The notes below the pieces were generated by a model. The model saw only the letters and a program-made list of their open reading frames with translations. It did no database searches and was not told the origin of the DNA. From NCBI GenBank assembly GCA_973895155.1, contig OZ316892.1:8291251-8355250 (forward strand): a stretch of DNA of 64,000 bases, written 5' to 3'. This document shows, piece by piece, positions 25,685-37,584 of the stretch (position 1 is its first letter; every line of letters begins with the position of its first letter). Source of the DNA: Marsupella aquatica. Its lineage: Eukaryota > Plantae > Marchantiophyta. Position numbers and translations under genes: made by a program.

Positions 25685-28600
25685 CGCGTACGTGGGCGAG
25701 GGATTGGGCTTTTCAAAGCTCGGCTTGGGTATGATCGGAAGGTTGCTTTGACTCGCTGGCTGACAGTGGGTCTGCGGGAAGGTGGGAATTTTGGCTTTGG
25801 TGTCGAGAAGGCCGTGGCGAAATCAAGAAGGGGGCATTGGAGAATCGGAGGGGAGGCAGGGAGGAGTTTGTTTTTTGGGTTACTCCTGACTTGTTTGGCC
25901 TCTTTGGCCTTCTTGGGGTTTTTTTGCTTCCCCCCTTTATTGGGTTCTTTGGCCTTTGGGACCATGTCTCTAGGTTTGAAGTTTCTGTCTTTTTGGCAGT
26001 GTGATATATATAATGGTTGATGTGTGCAACATATTTTAGGTAAATGGAAGAATAATGCTCCACCTTATTTTCCATTTTTCAATGACCATATATCATCTTG
26101 TTTTCTAAGGATCCACAGACCTGTACAATCTCGTCGCTTACCACCTCTCGCTCTGAGGCCTTCTTTACTACTGTAGAGTGGCTCCAAGCATCAAAGATAT
26201 TAATTGTATAACTGGAGGCTTGTTATCATGACGATCCTGGCTCAGATTTCGACTGGATAAGAATGAAGAGACTGCATCAGAAGTAGTGTTGGTGCACTTG
26301 CTTGACGATTCAAAATGTCCAAAGCCCAAACTGAGTAGGGTCTGTAAGCCTACCTGTCATTTATTGATTTCCAACAAGTTCTTTCAAGGATGAACAAAAA
26401 ACTTTGCAAGGCTACAATTTCGAGTCAACTCAGAATTGAAGAAGCTTAGGGTTCCCAAAAGATTCTTCACGGGTACTGTGGGAATACAAACTCTCCATTA
26501 TATATGCCACTGCGAAAGAAGGGAAGACAGGGTCCCACAGGCAAAAGGCCCAATAAAAGAGAGGCTAGCAAAAAACTAGAAAGAAAAAGACCCACTAATC
26601 ATCGGACACTATCTATCGGCAAACTCCAATACTTGCAAAATAGATCTATAACGATGAGGAGCTGAAGTGAATCTGGGCCGATCATAGCACAGGTATGTAC
26701 GAAGGAGGTACTTCGCCTTCAGTCAAAGGAAGGACCTTTGAACTTTACTTGTAAGAAATATGTACTTTTACAATTATATGCATCTCAAATCCAATGCTCA
26801 CAACACAAATTACTGAGAGGACCTACCTATCTCATGAACTACTGTATATATGAATTATTGGCTGAACTATTTTCGGCTAAGTGATGGGGGGCCCAGAAAA
26901 AGCCCCCAAGATAATTTTGTCAAAAATATATATGGACTGCAATATTGGACTGCAATACTTCTATACAATTTCTCAAAAAACCAAAACAAAATCCAATGTA
27001 TTTTATACAGTATTTGTATTCAGGCAAGATCATGATGGCTTACGTCGGCAGTGGAAAGTTTACTTCATTCTTTTGTTATTTTTCACTTTGTTTGTCTTAA
27101 GCTAAGTATATTTAATACTTGCTCTTTTTAGTTCAGCGATGTGACCCCCTTTGGTCACGGGCCGGGCCTGGTTAGTGAGCTTCAGTTCGATGACAAAAGA
27201 TCACGAGTACACATGAATATTGAGACAACGAAGCCTGGGTGAAAATGGAGACATGAGGGACATAAATCACATACCGCCAAATAATGGAGCAACGCTAAAC
27301 TCAGCATAGTTGCAGGGTGACCCTCTGGACTCTGGACTCTGGACTCGAGAATACACAGGCAATCACGACGTCAAGTTCATCTTTCAATCTACGTCCCGCA
27401 CAATACACGTGGTTTGCAAAGAAGCTGGAGACATTGTCCATACCATGTCCTAACTAACACCAGAAGCACAAGAGCTTGTCTCATTTGACTGCTCTCTACG
27501 GCTCGATCCGCGACGCCTACGAGACTGTTCCTCATCTGGGATCCGTCTTGGGGCCCACCCATTTGTACTCTTCTCGCTTGAGCCCAAAGCCGAAAACAAA
27601 GATGAGGCGGGCAGGTAGGGTCCTGCTCCCGCATGCCCCCGTGCACTCGTAGTGAATTTAGTCGTACGAGTCACAGGGCGGCACCTCTACAGTGCCTACC
27701 TGCCAGATTCCGCCCCGCCCTGTCCTTCAGAGTGAGTAGTCGCTCCTCAATGCCCACCGCGAGTAGAATGACGGATGAGATGGAAGGGGGCCAGTAAGAT
27801 GGATTATACACTGTTTGAGCCAGAAATGAGAGTCGCGAAAGGAGCGCTTTTAGTTGTACAGTACTATTCTCTGTCTCTCGGGCCGCGAGACGACCAGCTC
27901 TCGGCCCCCGCGCAGATATCTTATTTTGAGTATTTCCATATTCAAAGTGCATGGAGTCCACAATTTAACTCAATCTGAACGGTCGGTCATTCCAAACTAA
28001 GAATTCGCAGCAGCTACGCGGAAGAACACAGGGAAGAGATTGGAGGGACGAAGTCAGTCTTCGTTAGTTACTGATGAGTACTGAGTCGATAGAAAATGTT
28101 TCTGCAGTCCTAAATGCTACGGAAAGAACATGCCCGACAGCAGGCAGCACGTGAGTAAATAGAAGCGGCGAAGATCAATAAGGAGATGGAAAGCGTTGTG
28201 ACTTGTGACTTGCGAGGCATATTGCTCGCTGTAAAACAATTACAACAATTCAAACTGTACTTGGCGTGTTGCAATTATAAGATATTGCAAAGTTAACTCA
28301 ATTTGGGAATCTGAAGGCCCCCATGGACAGCTTGACAAGATGTCCGGATGAACCAGGACAACCCAGATAATCATAGAAGAATTCGTTTTACTCGGAGAGC
28401 ACTTTTTCTTTGTAAATCAACCTTGTCTATCCTATACAAGGTTGAGGTGTGTGATCCATCCTAACATTACGGATTTTACATATGGAGAGTTTCTAAATGT
28501 AGAAATTCTGCAGCACTGTCGTTGTATTTATGGATGTATTAGCAATTAACCATAAATTCTGCACTTCTCCAGATTCCACTTAGAGTGCAAATACGGTCTA

Positions 28601-29473
28601 ATTGCACAAATTGGGGCACCGCAGGGCTTGTATTTAGGGTGGGAGGATTCTAGTAGTTACAGGTTTTGAGAGATATGCTTAGCAGATTCCTTTCTGGAAA
28701 AAGTTTGCTTAATCAACCCCCTCCAGACTTTTCTCCAATCAGGATAGTTGATGGAACTTTCAATCTCAGATCTAGACCATTGATAGACCTTAGGGGTTAG
28801 ATCAAATAACAAGTTTCATTTTGGGAGTTGATCCATCCAATCCCAAGCAAGGACGACTACCGACCATGCTGCCATGCAATTTACGTAAGTTTTTTCAAGC
28901 GAAACGTGCACCAGAAATGGGGAGTGTCAAACTTTACAATCATTATTAATTTATTGCCGAATTGAGTCTTGACTCCGTGGTCAACACTCCGCAAGCCTCA
29001 ACAGTCCAGACACTCAGCACTTGATAAGGAGAGGTCACATTAATGCTCACAGAATGAAATTGAATGCGAATAAGTTCCAATGAGTCACACACCACAGACG
29101 GTGGAGAGCTAGCAAATCGAATCCTTTGATCTGCACTGCACCGTGCCAATCCGAAGTCATTCAAACACCATAGAAGGTGCTCAGACTAGCTACCTGCGGG
29201 TGGCAAATCGACCTCTCTAATCTTCAGTCGCCAAGAACTTGTCTTACTGGTGAACGTCAAAGTCTATTCTTCACTGTTAGTATGTATGTCGTGATCAATC
29301 CTTCTTTGCAACTTAATTATTTGAACGCCAGTAGCTCGTCAAAAGGGAATGTTCGACCCATTTCACTTAATAGGCCAACAGGTATTTCTTGACCTGGGTA
29401 TCTAGAGGATATCTTTCATCTCTCTACCTTAGAATTCAAATTGCATTCTAGGTGCGGAATGTACCGAGCTTCA

Positions 29474-29752
29474 ATTAATGACTCGGAAACTGAACTGAAA
29501 GTAAAAACAGATAGATGTGAGTCGTGTTATGATTTAAATATGTTTCCATGTCTCCTGACAGCGGATGTGAATCGCCGTTACCTGGGTCATGCATTGCTGT
29601 CGTTGTTGCATCATAACCTACAGTAGCTTAAGAGAGGTGGTTAAATGAGCTTCTCAAACCCAACGACACCTCGTCTGATTCAGGTGGTATTATTCATTTG
29701 GCTTCTACTGTACTGCGCGTGCAATGGTTTTCCATTGACTATTCTCGAATAC
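29474..29752 (+). pseudogene. Dead copy of one NAA35 exon (17721-17821) with flanking intron sequence
   Basis: Matches ~17610-17882 (catgtctcctgacag.ggatgtga; ttgctgtcgttgttgca; ttaaatgagcttctcaa; caacgacacctcgtctgattcaggtggtatt; cattgactattctcgaatac). The acceptor AG is lost and there are indels in the exon. Confidence 0.88.
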
Positions 29753-30146
29753 CATCCCTGATCAGATTCGAACAGATGACTTACGCCTTAATTCCCTGCC
29801 GAGTTATTTACTCACCAACCTAGACCCCACCTCTGGCTTGTGATCGATCTAGTAAGATGAAAAACAGGGCAGCATCCGGAGGCTAGACCCATCTCTAGCT
29901 TGTGATCGATCTATAGTGAGATGAAAAACAGGGCGGCACCCGGGCATGCGCCAGGTCGGGATGATACTCTCAGGCTCCTATCCGAAGGACCCCGGTGATG
30001 TAAGCTTTAACGCAAGGAACAGGAGAGGGTCTCGCCGGTCGCCCTGTGACTCATTGGAGTAAATTCGCCACGAGTGCAAGGGGGTAGCAGGGGCTGCAGG
30101 GATTAACGACGAAAGCCAAGGGTAATTAATGCTAGTCCGCTGACAA

Positions 30147-30536
30147 ATTAAGCACGAAAGACAATCTCGAGGACAATCAATGCTCCTAATCGTACTAATC
30201 CGGGCAGGGAACCCTTCGGGCAGTTTTTGCTGCCACGTTGCCCTTTCAGGACCGGCCCAGGTCCTGCACGCCAGGCAAGCAGGTCCCGCTCGCCTTGGCG
30301 CCCTCCACCCTACAAATGCCCTCCGCCAGCCCTCCGTCCGCCCTTCACCCGTCCGTCAACCAGAGTGGGTCCCACAACACCCCCGTCGGGAAGCCATCGC
30401 ATCAAGCCCGTTGCACAACCCCGTCGGCCGAATGCGCCTGTATTGAGTATGTCGTTCGATACATTCATTCTCTACATCCTATGAGGTAATATAGGCCTGG
30501 TACACTTTCAAAATTGTGCTCAAATGGCGGGCAAAT
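30147..30536 (+). repeat. Left terminal inverted repeat
   Basis: attaagcacgaaagacaatctcgaggacaatc...caaatggcgggcaaat is the reverse complement of 37657-38045. The outer ~245 bp appear identical. A degenerate echo of the inner ~70 bp follows at ~30551-30620. Confidence 0.93.
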
Positions 30537-32295
30537 ATAGATATACAAATCCTAAGAGGTAATATAGGCCTGATATAGTTTCAAAATTGCTCTCAAATGG
30601 CAGACAAATATGGATATACAAAGGATTTAAGTGCTACAATGATTTTTTTTCATAGGATAGTGGTTAAGATATGGGGATGCATTCGTGGGCTCAATTGAGT
30701 GTGGGCCTCATAAATAGCCAAAAAAGAATTTGGATAGGGAGAAATTTATACAGGAATAAAATGAGTACCTACTTAATTAATCAGAAAAACTCAACGGTAT
30801 AATAGAATTCAAATTCACTTGAATTACAAAAGAGTAGCCCTTAATAAGACACAATTCAAGTTTAATGAGAGTCACTTAAAAATATCATATTGATAAATGA
30901 TAATGGGATTCTATTTTATAAGATATGTTAAGGGGAGGTCAGAAAAATTCAATCCCAACCTTATCTTCCCAGCTAAGTTACTTCAAAGTTTAAACCTATT
31001 GAAGAGAAAATTCTCAGGACTCCCACTCATCCACCCCGTAATGGGGAAAGGAGTTTAGGGTTGCTCCTTTTCATGTTGGATAGGAAGGGGCCAAAAAGAA
31101 TTAGGAGTGAAGGGCTGTGCTTGGTTTTCCAGTCTGGTTTTCTTGGGGACAGCGGGAGCTAGTTGAGTCTTTTTAGGTGTGGAAGGGGACAAAGAACAGT
31201 GTTGAGCATATCCACCCGATAGTTGAGCAAGAAAATTAGCAGATTCATAAGGGCTGAGTAGATTGGACTGGATTGAGCCGATGTCGAAAGGCTAAGGGAA
31301 TTGGAAGAGGCACCAACATCTAGATGATTTGGACTAGAGTGGGGCCATGTGAGACACCATGGCTACGGGGATTGGAAATTTTTAGCATCCAGAAGGTTCA
31401 GCAAAGTCAGAGAGGACTAAGCAGATTCATAAGGACTTAGCAGATTGGAGAGGACTACGCAGATTGGAGAGGACTACGGACGTAATAGATCTGGAAGAGA
31501 ATCAAATTAAAGCAACAAGGATATTGCTTGGAATACAGTGGGGCCTACATCTATAGCTATGGCTATTGAGAAGCTAGATTCCAAACAGCCAGCAAGTGAA
31601 AGCGTGAAGAAAACAATTCAGAATCCATTTCACAAGGTACTTATATTGCTTATTCCAAGAAGTTTTCTTTTGTGCTCTAAGTGGACTATCGGTTCCCAAG
31701 AAAGTTTGTTAGTTTCTTGTCTTTCATTCATTTCTTTCTCTAATTTTCATTCATTCTTCCATGCAAAGTCCAACATTGTACAGAGTCTGGCACTTGCACT
31801 TTACAGAGTTTAAGGCAATTTTATATGCAATCTGGACAAATTTTTTGGTGGCCGTGACTCTTTGATCTGGTTTTTTTACAAAAATTTGCTTTTCAGTTTA
31901 CTCTACTGATTTTAATGCACATTTCTTATGCAAAGGCTGACTGCGAACAATCTTTTGGTTGGAGTGACTCTGTGATCTGTTCTTTTACAAAAACTTTCCT
32001 TTTCAGTTGCCTGTGCAAAAATTTACATAGATTTGCAGAATTGTCAATAGATTTTGGTCTATGTGCTATGTGATCTGTTCTTTGACAAAGCCTTTCTTTT
32101 TCACTTATCTTTGCAGAGTTCTAAATAGATTACCGTGGTCCAATCTGCATAAGGACAATCAAAATCTTTGTTTACTTCAATTCTCTCTTTGCAGTTTTTT
32201 TTAAATACTTGGTCACCTGTGTACGTAACTGCGTAACATTCTAGTTGAGGGGAGTATAAGTGTACATCTCAACCAGGACCAAGTATTTAAAAAAA

Positions 32296-33333
32296 ATGAA
32301 ACCAAAACAGAAAGAAGTAAAAGAAGATCAAAAGAATGTGGATTATTTTTCAGGGCAACCTGGAAAGAGGAAACGAGATGAAGACTTTGAGAAAAGTGAA
32401 GGATTAGGTTCTAGACGACCTAAAACATCTGCAACTTACGAATGGGAGCAGAATCCAAGGTTTTGGAAGATTTTCAGGTTTTTATTGGGAAAATTTCAGG
32501 TAAACAAAATCGACACCACTGTCAAAGACTTGATTCAACAAAAGCATGAATTCTTTTCCATTGTTGATTTACCAATGTGGCATGGTGAAGATATTATCAT
32601 TAAGGATTCTAATGAGAAACCATTGTTCTACTTTCTGAAAAATGCCCTACAAAGACCTTTCAAGAATGACCCTACCTTCCAAGGATTAGAAGCTCTTCAA
32701 GAGCTTGTGACAACGTACCCTCCAAATCGTCCAACGCTCACAAATGTGAGATTCAAGGGGAAACACATTCCTCTTAACTCTGGGGTTCATCATTTGGCAT
32801 TTTGGCATGGAGTTGGTCATAAAACTTTCCCTGCCGTGTTGTCTCAACACATTATTGGTTCTGGAGACAAGATGAATTTGGTTTCAACATTTTTCAACAA
32901 ATTTACACCGATTACACAGGCAGTTGGGGCACTTTATGAATGTATTGATTGGCAAAACTACGAAAGATATAAAGCACTTTTTGATGCTTTTGGGAATGGA
33001 GCTGCATCTGTGATGCACACAACCAGCCGAAATTGTTTTCTAGGGATGGCAATCAATACACAACTCAATGCTGGTCCCCACAGAGATAAAGATGATGCTC
33101 TTGATGGCTGGGTTGCAAACCTAGCATTTGGAGATTTTGAAGGTGGATATTTACAAGTTCCACAACTTGGTTTTCAATTTGGTGTGAAACCTGGAGACGT
33201 GGTATTTATCCGATCAGCTCTTCTACAACACTCAATCTCCAGCATTACATCTGGGACTAGATTTGGAGTGGTGTTTTTTAGTCATGAAGCTAATTTTGCA
33301 GAGAATCTTCGGAAGTCACAAATCAGTACCTAG
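32296..33333 (+). CDS. TET/JBP-like 2-oxoglutarate/Fe(II) dioxygenase, ~345 aa from the first ATG
   Basis: Uninterrupted ORF with H-R-D (33079-33087), the DSBH stretch GDFEGGYL..P.LG....KPGDVVFIRS, a distal His (LLQHSI, 33229) and RFGVVFFSH (33259). The last resembles the TET RISLVFYQH motif. The N-terminus has a bipartite NLS-like KRKR..RRPK. Upstream exons are possible. Confidence 0.8.
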   Translation: MKPKQKEVKEDQKNVDYFSGQPGKRKRDEDFEKSEGLGSRRPKTSATYEWEQNPRFWKIFRFLLGKFQVNKIDTTVKDLIQQKHEFFSIVDLPMWHGEDIIIKDSNEKPLFYFLKNALQRPFKNDPTFQGLEALQELVTTYPPNRPTLTNVRFKGKHIPLNSGVHHLAFWHGVGHKTFPAVLSQHIIGSGDKMNLVSTFFNKFTPITQAVGALYECIDWQNYERYKALFDAFGNGAASVMHTTSRNCFLGMAINTQLNAGPHRDKDDALDGWVANLAFGDFEGGYLQVPQLGFQFGVKPGDVVFIRSALLQHSISSITSGTRFGVVFFSHEANFAENLRKSQIST

Positions 33334-33488
33334 TTAGAATGAAAAATTGGGGAATCATTGGGGCTGATGATGTACGTGACTCTATGTACGTGACTCTTCT
33401 TAGTTGCTTCAAATCTCATCTTTGAACATTCTCGTAGTGAGTAAAAAATAAATGCCTTGGAATTAAGCAGTTGTTTCCTGGAGTATTA

Positions 33489-36400
33489 CTAATCTACAAT
33501 GGACACAATCTCACAATCTGGAAATGGTTTCTTGACACTATTGTTTTGTTTTGCCCCTGTTGAGAAAGCATCTAAAAGTTGTGTGAAATTAGGTGACATG
33601 GCCCAGGTCTGACTGCATCCAATTTGAATATTGCCAATAACCTGCGCTTGCAAGGGAGTCAAGGGCTGACTTAAGACACCCGATTGCAAGCAAGCTTTTG
33701 CTACAGCATCAAGTGGATAAGCTGCTGCAGAACGAGTCTTCCTTTGCCGGGGTGGTTGACAAGCACCAACATTGATGTCAGTCTTCGCTTGCTGGTTTGA
33801 CAAGGCTGTCCCAACTTTCTTGGGTCGCCGACATGCTTTAGGATTACTCAAATCCTCTGCTTTTGAGCCTGCAAGAAAAGTCACATTGAGCATGTGATTT
33901 CACATTACACTAAGAATTGGATTGCACACATGAAAACATCAAATGATTAAATGTGCACCTTCTTTGGGGTTCAATGTGTGTGGAGCCGGATCCTTGTCGC
34001 TTACTGCATCCAGCATGCCCTGGAGTGCATCTACTGCTAGTTTGTCGAATTTGGCTTGGAAGGACAGTGTTTTGTCCTTCTTCTGATCTGCAACCTCTCT
34101 GGGCCATTGTCATTTGTGCAAGCTTTCTTAGACTGATTCTCTTTGTCATCATCCACCTTTGTTTTCCTCTTTTGCCTCCCCTTCATGAGTTTGTCAACCC
34201 ATCCAAGTTTGGGCACTGTTGTAACATCACACCCTGCATTAAGAACCAAAGGCTCCAATGTAGACGAATATGGTTCTAACCTTGTGACATTTTGCTGTGC
34301 TTCTCTGGTGAGCAATGACTCAGACCAAGCCTTCAACTCTTTTAGAGCTTGCTTTGTCAGAGATGGACGGTAGGAAATTTTGTCATAAACCTTCTTCATA
34401 ATACATTCAAAGTCATCCAGTGGAGGGGACACCGGAGCCAATTCCGGTTCTATAGTTTCTTCTTCCCAGAATTCCTCATCGTCATATTGGAGTGTAACAC
34501 TTGCAACCTCGCGAATTGGTGCAAGGTCCCCGTTCTGAACCTGAGAGTGCACATCAAGTCCTCCACAAAAGGTACCCATCTTTGTACCAAGTTGTGTTAA
34601 AAGATCCAACTCAGTGATGGACTTTGTCATGATCAAAACCTTGATCTGCAAAACATAGTTATGAGTCAGGCTGTATTTACAAAGCATGTCCTTACAAAGC
34701 ATGTCGTGACCTAGAAATTGGATAGAAAGGAAAGAAAGTCAAATACCTGATGCTTGCACACATTTCCCTTCATTGAATACCCACATGTACAAGAACAGGA
34801 GTCGTTGTTCCAATCCGTCACAATGTGTTCCTTCAACCCACTATATTTGTCTGACATACTTTTCACAGAAGCACACTTAGTTTTGCTAGATTCAAATAGA
34901 GTAACAAAGTTATCTCGGATCTGCTTGGCTCTATTCATGCATTTGTGGACATGCTGCTCAATAGTCCTGTTCCTAGCCTACCCTGGAATTTATCAGCTGA
35001 CATGCACCAATAATGGTTCTCAATACCTTTCAGCATGTCTATCAGCCAAGGAATAGACCTGCCAGCAATAGGACTTTTATCAGCCTTGAGTTCTACTTTT
35101 AAAGTATGGTGCCATCTTTCGATTCCACCATTGGTATTCTGATTTGCATGTCGATATAATCTCAACTTCACAGCCCAACGAGTGATCTTGGCATGCCACT
35201 CCTTCTTGTAGTAAGCTACAAATGTAGGTTGCGTTTGGATCCATCGGTCCATAAAAGCTTGAGACTCCGCTCTAAGATCTGCATTGGAATAACATAACAA
35301 TATCACATTCTGTGTACTGACAAAGGTAAACTAAAATAGGGAAATCATCTTCAAAAGAGTATGAGTGAAATTGAACAAACCGCTTCCATCGGAGTACATT
35401 AAGGCACCAAGGTCTGCATTGATTTGAGCCTTTGCAAATGGGCAAAAAACCTTCCATATGATATTTTTGGTCCATGCCCTCCTAACATGCCAGGTACAGA
35501 AGGTGATAGCCACGTCTGGGAAGACATTCCTGAACAAATGCAACATGTAGTTGTGAAGGACATGATTTGGAATAGCATTTACAAGGCACTGCACTTGACA
35601 AACAGGCAGTGGAAGGAAATTAAGATTGCTTGAGTCTTTACTTGATGGCAATCTGCTCCTCGTCTGCAACATCGATCATCCAACAATTGGGCTTCCACGG
35701 GCCATGCTCTCCCATTTCCTTTCTCTTTGTGTCTGCACCTTGTTTTAGTGCTGCCAAAACCGTCATTACTTGTGTGGCTTTGTACCTTTGGAGGACTGCA
35801 AATGCAACAGGGATTGCATTTTGAAACTTGTCAAAGACCACCACAGTATAAAAGGGGAACTGCACACCACAATTACACGACGTGAATTCAAACATAATTG
35901 CAATGAATTACACAAGATGAATTTCATAGGTGTAGATTCTGCAATATACATACCCCGCAATGATTGGTGCCGAATGTAGCATCAAAGCCCACTGCACTAT
36001 CATTTCCAAGCACAGACAATTTCTTCATTTGCCAATTGGTGGCCCAGGCCAAGATGAATGGTTGGTCGTCAGCTTTGAGTTGGGGCTGGTAAACAAGCAC
36101 ATCTGACTTGTTCTGGTTGACCCAGTTCTCAACACCAGCTGCATCATCGGTTGTGTAAAAAGGTTGTCTCCATCGCATTGACTCCCTCACTGTCCAAATG
36201 TCTCGAGGGATTAATTGCATGTCTCTGCTGAATATAACATTGGCATCCAAATTTGGGTGGTCTTTTCGCCATCTCACAGCAACCTCGTCAAAGTGTGCCC
36301 TGATAATAGCCTTGGCTAACATGCCAGCTCTCAAATACCTTTCTATTTTAGCCCTTAGTTTTAGAGAAATTCATGGTGCTATGTGACAGTTTGATGCATA

Positions 36401-37584
36401 AGCAGATGTGTCTTCCAAGCCATGGCAAATCTTGCCATTTTTGTCTACTTAGGTGTTCCCTATGTACCCAACGAACGAGAAGAACATCGTGACGTAATAC
36501 ATACTGAGTCGATGTGAAACTACACTGGCAGCCTCGCTTAATTGAGTGCCCTGACAAATGCAATGTCGAACGACGTGGAGTTTGTCAGACAGTTTACATT
36601 GACTCGTACTAACACATGAGAGATTACATTGGGTAAAACAAAGGTTCGTCTGATGTGCAAATATGATGTCAGTGCTTAAAAGTCCTGCCACTCCCATCCG
36701 TGCAACCAACAATGTCAGAAATTTAGCAGAACGTGACTTGCATGCCTTGGGAACAAAGTCACAATTTTTTATTTACCGGTGATCATTGTCTTTTTGAGGT
36801 AGACTTCCCCGTCTTTTGTCTTCAACTTCTCAGGCACTTTGTTGCCCATTAAATCCTTCCAATGTCGCTTGTCTTGTGGCCCAAAACAACAGTTGTACCA
36901 AGTGACAGTCTTCTCTACAGGACCTGATCCATTAATCTTATGCTCAAATGATTTAGTCACTGAAAACTGTGTGTGAAACCCGGCCCTCATGTTTTCCCCC
37001 CAGATAAAGTCATTCAACCGGTCTCTCGGAATCCATGCAAAGTCGCTCTTGGTCCCAAACCATTGCAATTGAGTAGCATCAAATTCTCCACACGGAGGAT
37101 ATTGAATTTTGTCACACTTATTGCTTTCATGGAAGCATTTCTTAAACTGTGGTATGGGACGATCAGATCGATTCCACGGAGCCTTCATGTCGCCTTGCAA
37201 TTGCATTTCCCCATGCTTATCTTGCAATGTATCCATCGCCTCCAATGCTTCTTCTAAATCCTCTTTGGCCTTTGGATTATCCTCTATGGCCCCTGGTAAA
37301 TCTGAGGGTAAATCGCCGCCAAAAGACAAATGGTCTACCATTGGTAGGTCGCTAGTTGGAGGATTGTATGCCTCTTGGAATACCAGCATCCTCTGTTGCA
37401 AATTTGCGAGTGTCATCGGGTCTGGCCTAACTACACATCCAACCGCGAATGCAGGTCGTCTTCTGTTCTCCTCATTCACGGTTGCAGAATTGAGGACGGT
37501 TTCAGTCACTACCGACAAAGGGTCCGCCATTGCAAGCCGACAAGTTTTGGGGACATTTGGGTCTGAATTGTCTACCTGTTCCAT
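33489..37584 (-). pseudogene. MULE transposase with SWIM finger (At4g13970/At1g60560-like clade), multi-exon, disrupted
   Basis: N-terminal FAWIPRDRLNDFIWGE, WYNCCFGPQD, KRGCQCSF and H(VD)KNGKICHG. Catalytic D (GFDATFGTN, 35981), D (WMIDVAD, 35671), CxxH (FCTWHVRRAW) and E (TNGGIERWHHTLK, 35118). SWIM motif CSCTCGYSMKGNVCKH. Lesions: frameshift at ~36450, in-frame TGA at 36371-36373, frameshift at ~34975. The 3' exons below ~34650 are less certain. Confidence 0.88.

Noticed and set aside
25372-26075. ORFs of 120-197 aa
   Set aside because: They are driven by the GGGAA microsatellite and low-complexity repeats.
28500-28870. Possible LINE ORF2 C-terminal remnant on the minus strand (WRKVW)
   Set aside because: Multiple stops and too little motif support.
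30180-30489. Duplicated small ORFs mirrored at 37699-38012
   Set aside because: They are by-products of GC-rich TIRs, open in several frames.
33489-37584. Classifying the element as KDZ/Zisupton or CACTA because of the TET cargo
   Set aside because: The transposase has MULE hallmarks (D..D..CxxH..E plus SWIM) and long TIRs without CACTA ends.
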